From Alphaproteobacteria bacterium (GTDB lineage Bacteria > Pseudomonadota > Alphaproteobacteria > UBA828): a stretch of DNA of 64,000 nucleotides. Made by a program: the position numbers and the translations under genes. Where the stretch lies: contig CBDEFM010000002.1 of the NCBI GenBank assembly GCA_965237415.1, positions 3,648,001 through 3,712,000 of the forward strand, given 5' to 3'. Below, one piece after another: positions 60,315 through 64,000 of this stretch (the first letter of the stretch is position 1; the number at the start of each line of letters is the position of its first letter). The notes under the pieces are model-generated. The model was not told the origin of the DNA, searched no databases, and was given only the letters and a program-made list of their open reading frames with translations.

Positions 60315-61383
60315 AGCGCAGGAAGAATCCCTTTCCGGGCGTCAGCACGGTGGAGGACCGGCACGGCAGGTTCTGGCACCGGCTGCGGCGCACGATCCGG
60401 GGCCGCACCATCGAACACCTACCTGCCAGGGCCCTACGGCTCGCCTGCGTTCCGCGCTGCCTACGAGGAAGTGGTCGAGGGCACACGGGTTGCGACGCGG
60501 CGAGCGCGACCCGGCACCGTCGGCTACTTGGTCGCGACCTATCTGGAGTCGGCTGCGTTCCGCAATCTCGCCCCGACGACCCGCGCGGCGAAGCGCGGCC
60601 GGCTCGACTGGATACGGGAGGCCATCGGACAAGCCCGCTATGCGGCCTTGCAGCCGCGCCATGTCGGAGAAGAAGGGCGGACCGGAAGCGGCGAACCGCC
60701 TCAAGAAGGACATGGGGCAGCTATTCCGCTTTGCCGCGAAGCGCTACGGCTTCGCGGGCCAGAACCCCGCCGCGCTCGCTGATACCCACAAGGTGAGGTC
60801 GCAGGGCTTTCACACCTGGACCGACGATGAGGTCGAGACCTTCCGAGCCGCGCACCCGATCGGAAGCAAGGCGCGTCTGGCGCTTGAACTGTTCCTCGGC
60901 ACCGGAGCGGCCTGCCAGGATGCGGCGGCCATGACCCGCGCGAACATTCGCGGCCCCCGACTCTCCTATCGTCGGGGCAAGACAGGCCAGGAAGTAGACC
61001 TGCCGATCTTGCCTGAATTGGCGAAGGAACTGGCGCACCTTCCGCGCGACCAAATGATGCTGCTGGCGCACGGGACTCAGGGCAAGGGCTACACGGCGGG
61101 ATCTCTCAGCAACGTGTTCCGAGACATGTGCGCCGAAGCGGGGTTGAACCATTGCTCAGCTCACGGGCTCAGGAAGGCCTGCGCCCGTCGCTTGGCCGAG
61201 CATGGCGCGACCGAATGGGAGGTCATGGCCTTCCTCGCGCACCGCACCGCGAAGGAGGCGAGCCGCTACACGGCGGCTGCAAACCGGGCCAAACTCACAA
61301 CCTCGGGCATGGCGAAGCTGGGGGCGGATCACGAACAAATATTGTCCAACCTTTCCGAAAGGTTGGACAAAAGGGGGTTCTAA
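60311..61383 (+). pseudogene. Phage-type tyrosine integrase with frameshifts
   Basis: EDRHG N-terminus, GFHTWT, KTG, SAHGLRK, H...Y; frames break near 60415 and 60665; ends 32 bp from the tRNA 3' end. Confidence 0.88.
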
Positions 61384-61415
61384 ACTCATGAAATACAACG
61401 GAAATATGGAACGGG

Positions 61416-61490
61416 TGGTGACCCCTACGGGAATTGAACCCGTGTCTCCACCTTGAAAGAGTGGTGTCCTAACCTCTAGACGAAGGGGTC
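61416..61490 (-). tRNA. tRNA-Glu(TTC)
   Basis: Cloverleaf GACCCCT/AGGGGTC acceptor stem, CT-TTC-AA anticodon loop, TTCAA T-loop, encoded CCA. Confidence 0.97.
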
Positions 61491-61552
61491 GTCACAATAG
61501 GCGGTGCTATGTAGCGGGCCGGGTGCCCCGGAATCAAGAGCCTCGTACATGT

Positions 61553-63358
61553 CTATGGGTCGTCTCCGGCGGTGGGCGCCGGAGCACCGTCGTCGATGTG
61601 TAGCTCGACGGCGCGGGTGCCCCGGCGGCGGTCGAGGCGGAGCCGGCCCGCCAGGTGGAAGGGCTCGCCCGTACCCGCGAGCAGCGCGGTGCCCAGCGCA
61701 TTGTCGGCGACGCGGAAGGCGATGCCCTTGAGCCGCTTGCCCGAGCGGCCGGAAAGCTGGCAGCGCACGTGGCCGCGGCCCACGATATCGGCGCGGAGCA
61801 ACTGGGCGCCGGCGATGGCGAAGCGCGGCTCCGGGTTGCCGGCGCCAAAGGGGCCGGCAGCCTCCAGCATCTCCAGCAGGTCCGCCGTCGCGCCTTCCAC
61901 GCCGAGCGCGCCGTCGAGGCCGAGGCTCGGCGCGAGGTCTGCCGCGCCCCCCGCACCGGCGAGGCGGGTGTTCAGGAAATCGTTCAGGGCTTCGAACCCC
62001 GACTGCTCGACGGTGAAGCCCGCCGCCATCGGATGGCCGCCGCCATTAACCAGCAGGCCCGCCTGCCGGGCCGCGGTGATGGCGGCGCCGATATCGACGC
62101 CCGGCACCGAGCGGCAGGACGCCTTGCCGATACCATCCTCCCAGGCGACGACGACCGCCGGCCGGTTGTAGCGCTCCTTGAGCCGGCTCGCGACGATGCC
62201 GATCACCCCGGCGTGCCAGCGCTCGTCGTGAGCGAGGACCAGGGGTGCCGAAGAAAGCTCTCCGGCACTGGCTGCTGTTTCGACCTGCTCGATGGCCTCC
62301 TCCAGCACCGCCGCCTCGATGGCCTGGCGCTCGCGGTTGAGCGCGTCCAGGTGGCGCGCGATCTTGGCCGCCTCGTCCTCATCCGCCGTGATCATGAGGC
62401 GCGCCCCCAGGCTCGCTTCGCCAACCCGGCCGCCGGCATTGACCCGTGGGCCGAGGATGAAGCCCAGGTGATAGACCCCCGGCGGCTCCTCCAGCCCGGC
62501 CACGTCGCCGAGCGCCCTGAGGCCCAGATTGCGCCGCTGCCTCATCACCGTGAGGCCCTGGCGCACGAACGCGCGGTTGACACCGGTGAGCGGCACCACG
62601 TCGCAGACGGTGCCGAGCGCCACCAGGTCGAGCCATTGCAGGAGGTCGGGCTCAGCCCGGTCGCGATACCAGCCTGCCTCGCGCAGGTGCCGGTTGAGTC
62701 CGACGACGAGGAGGAAGGCGACCCCCACGGCGGCGAGCTGGCGATGCGGGCTGTCGTCGTCCAGCCGGTTGGGATCGATCACGGCGCAGGCAGGCGGCAG
62801 CCGGGCCTCGCCCAGGTGGTGGTCGACCACAATCACGTCGAGGCCTGCGTCGGCAGCCTCGGCGAGCGCGTCGAAGGCGCTGATCCCGCAGTCGACGGTG
62901 ACGACCACCCGGACATCCTGCGCCGCGAGTATTCGCATGGCGGTTCCGTTCGGGCCGTAGCCCTCGCGCAGGCGGTCGGGAATGTAGATCGTCGGCGGCC
63001 CGGCGACGGCCTCGAAGAAGCGGCTCAAGAGGGCGGCCGAGGTTGCGCCGTCCACATCGTAGTCGCCGAAGACGGCGATCTTCTCGCCTGCTTCGAGCGC
63101 GCGGGCGAGTCGCGCGATGGCCTTTTCCATGTCGCGCAGGTGAAGCGGGTCGGGCAGGAGGCGGCGGAGCGTCGGGTTGAGGTATTCGGGCGCCTCGTCT
63201 GCCGCAATGCCGCGGGCGGCGAGCACGCGCCCGATCAGCTCGGGCAACTCGATGGATTGGGCCAGGGAGAGGCCCGCCATGGAATCGGCGAGCCGCGCGC
63301 GCCAGCGCTTGCCGAGCAGCGATCGCTCGACGCCGAGCATCGCGGCTCCGTCGCTCAT
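61553..63358 (-). CDS. recJ: Single-stranded-DNA exonuclease RecJ
   Basis: GDYDVDG, DCG, DHH, GTVCDVVPL, GPRVNAGGR, GGHPMAAG, PFGAGNPEP. Confidence 0.97.
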   Translation of the reverse strand: MSDGAAMLGVERSLLGKRWRARLADSMAGLSLAQSIELPELIGRVLAARGIAADEAPEYLNPTLRRLLPDPLHLRDMEKAIARLARALEAGEKIAVFGDYDVDGATSAALLSRFFEAVAGPPTIYIPDRLREGYGPNGTAMRILAAQDVRVVVTVDCGISAFDALAEAADAGLDVIVVDHHLGEARLPPACAVIDPNRLDDDSPHRQLAAVGVAFLLVVGLNRHLREAGWYRDRAEPDLLQWLDLVALGTVCDVVPLTGVNRAFVRQGLTVMRQRRNLGLRALGDVAGLEEPPGVYHLGFILGPRVNAGGRVGEASLGARLMITADEDEAAKIARHLDALNRERQAIEAAVLEEAIEQVETAASAGELSSAPLVLAHDERWHAGVIGIVASRLKERYNRPAVVVAWEDGIGKASCRSVPGVDIGAAITAARQAGLLVNGGGHPMAAGFTVEQSGFEALNDFLNTRLAGAGGAADLAPSLGLDGALGVEGATADLLEMLEAAGPFGAGNPEPRFAIAGAQLLRADIVGRGHVRCQLSGRSGKRLKGIAFRVADNALGTALLAGTGEPFHLAGRLRLDRRRGTRAVELHIDDGAPAPTAGDDP

Positions 63359-63393
63359 CGCCCCATGCGCCTCTGCGCGTGGCGCGCATCATC

Positions 63394-63505
63394 CCCCACC
63401 TCACCCCGGCCCTCTCCGCCCCCGGGGGCGGAGAGGGAGTGACGTGCGTCTGCGGTGCGGTTCCCTCTCCGCCCTTCAGGGGGGAGAGGGACAGGGAGAG
63501 GTGGG
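63394..63505. repeat. Alphaproteobacterial REP/RIME-like palindromic element
   Basis: Two inverted CCCTCTCCGCCC...GAGAGGG hairpin units bounded by CCCACCTC/GAGGTGGG. Confidence 0.7.
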
Positions 63506-63551
63506 TGGGCGGTCGACGACAGGCCGGGCGAGGGCGTAACGCCGAGGCGCG

Positions 63552-63783
63552 TCACATGCCGACCCGCGCGGGCGCGCGGGAGAAGTCGTGCTCCGCCTCG
63601 ATCATGCGCAGGGTGCCGGTCTGGGAGCGCATGACCACCGAGTTGGTCCGCGCGCCGTTGGGGAGACGCGAGACGCCGCGCAGCATCGCACCGTCGGTCA
63701 CCCCGGTCGCGCAGAACATCACGTTGCCGCTCGCGAGCTCGTGCAGGGTGTATTTGCGGCCCAAGTCGGTGACGCCCATTTCC
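63552..63783 (-). CDS. glpX: Class II fructose-1,6-bisphosphatase C-terminus (upstream part scrambled or outside window)
   Basis: VMFCATGVTDGAMLRGV...SVVMRSQTGTLRMIEAEH; upstream of recJ. Confidence 0.8.
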
Positions 63784-63793
63784 GGTTGCACAC

Positions 63794-64000
63794 GCGGTCG
63801 ACGACAGGCCGGGCGAGGGCGTAACGCCGAGGCGCGTCACATGCCGACCCGCGCGGGCGCGCGGGAGAAGTCGTGCTCCGCCTCGATCATGCGCAGGGTG
63901 CCGGTCTGGGAGCAAGTTGGGGAGACGCGAGACGCCGCGCAGCATCGCACCGTCGGTCACCCCGGTGGGTATTTGCGGCCCAAGTCGGTGACGCCCATTT
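63794..64000. repeat. Internally deleted duplicate of 63509-63780
   Basis: 63794-63913 equals 63509-63628, followed by two shorter blocks of the same region. Confidence 0.9.

Noticed and set aside
59500-61400. Intact prophage
   Set aside because: No structural, packaging or replication genes in the window

Overview
High-GC alphaproteobacterial-looking DNA (glpX-recJ-tRNA-Glu core genes at the right end). Most of it (~1.4-61.4 kb) is a decayed, multi-layered genomic island next to tRNA-Glu and a frameshifted tyrosine integrase. Cargo: a CBASS locus (CdnE-like CD-NTase + Cap15) preceded by an unknown gene and an XRE-HTH/ImmA-IrrE peptidase fusion, a lone HEPN-like gene, sugar-type and polyamine-type ABC transporters, a DEAD-box helicase and hydantoinase/oxoprolinase catabolic clusters. 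It is dense with IS elements (IS66-like, IS110/IS1111, IS630, IS256, IS3, IS1182, IS481/ISNCY) and at least three MITE families. Highlights: (1) a 3380-bp IS66-like transposon in three tandem copies that lacks tnpA/tnpB and instead couples a coiled-coil transposase to a DUF4338/DruA-like, possibly Mom-like, protein; (2) two IS1111-type elements whose 3' non-coding guide segments covary with their insertion sites, both of which are termini of other mobile elements; (3) a family of exactly 92-bp IS21-like mini-elements found at rearrangement breakpoints. All family assignments come from motif recognition by eye; no database searches were run.
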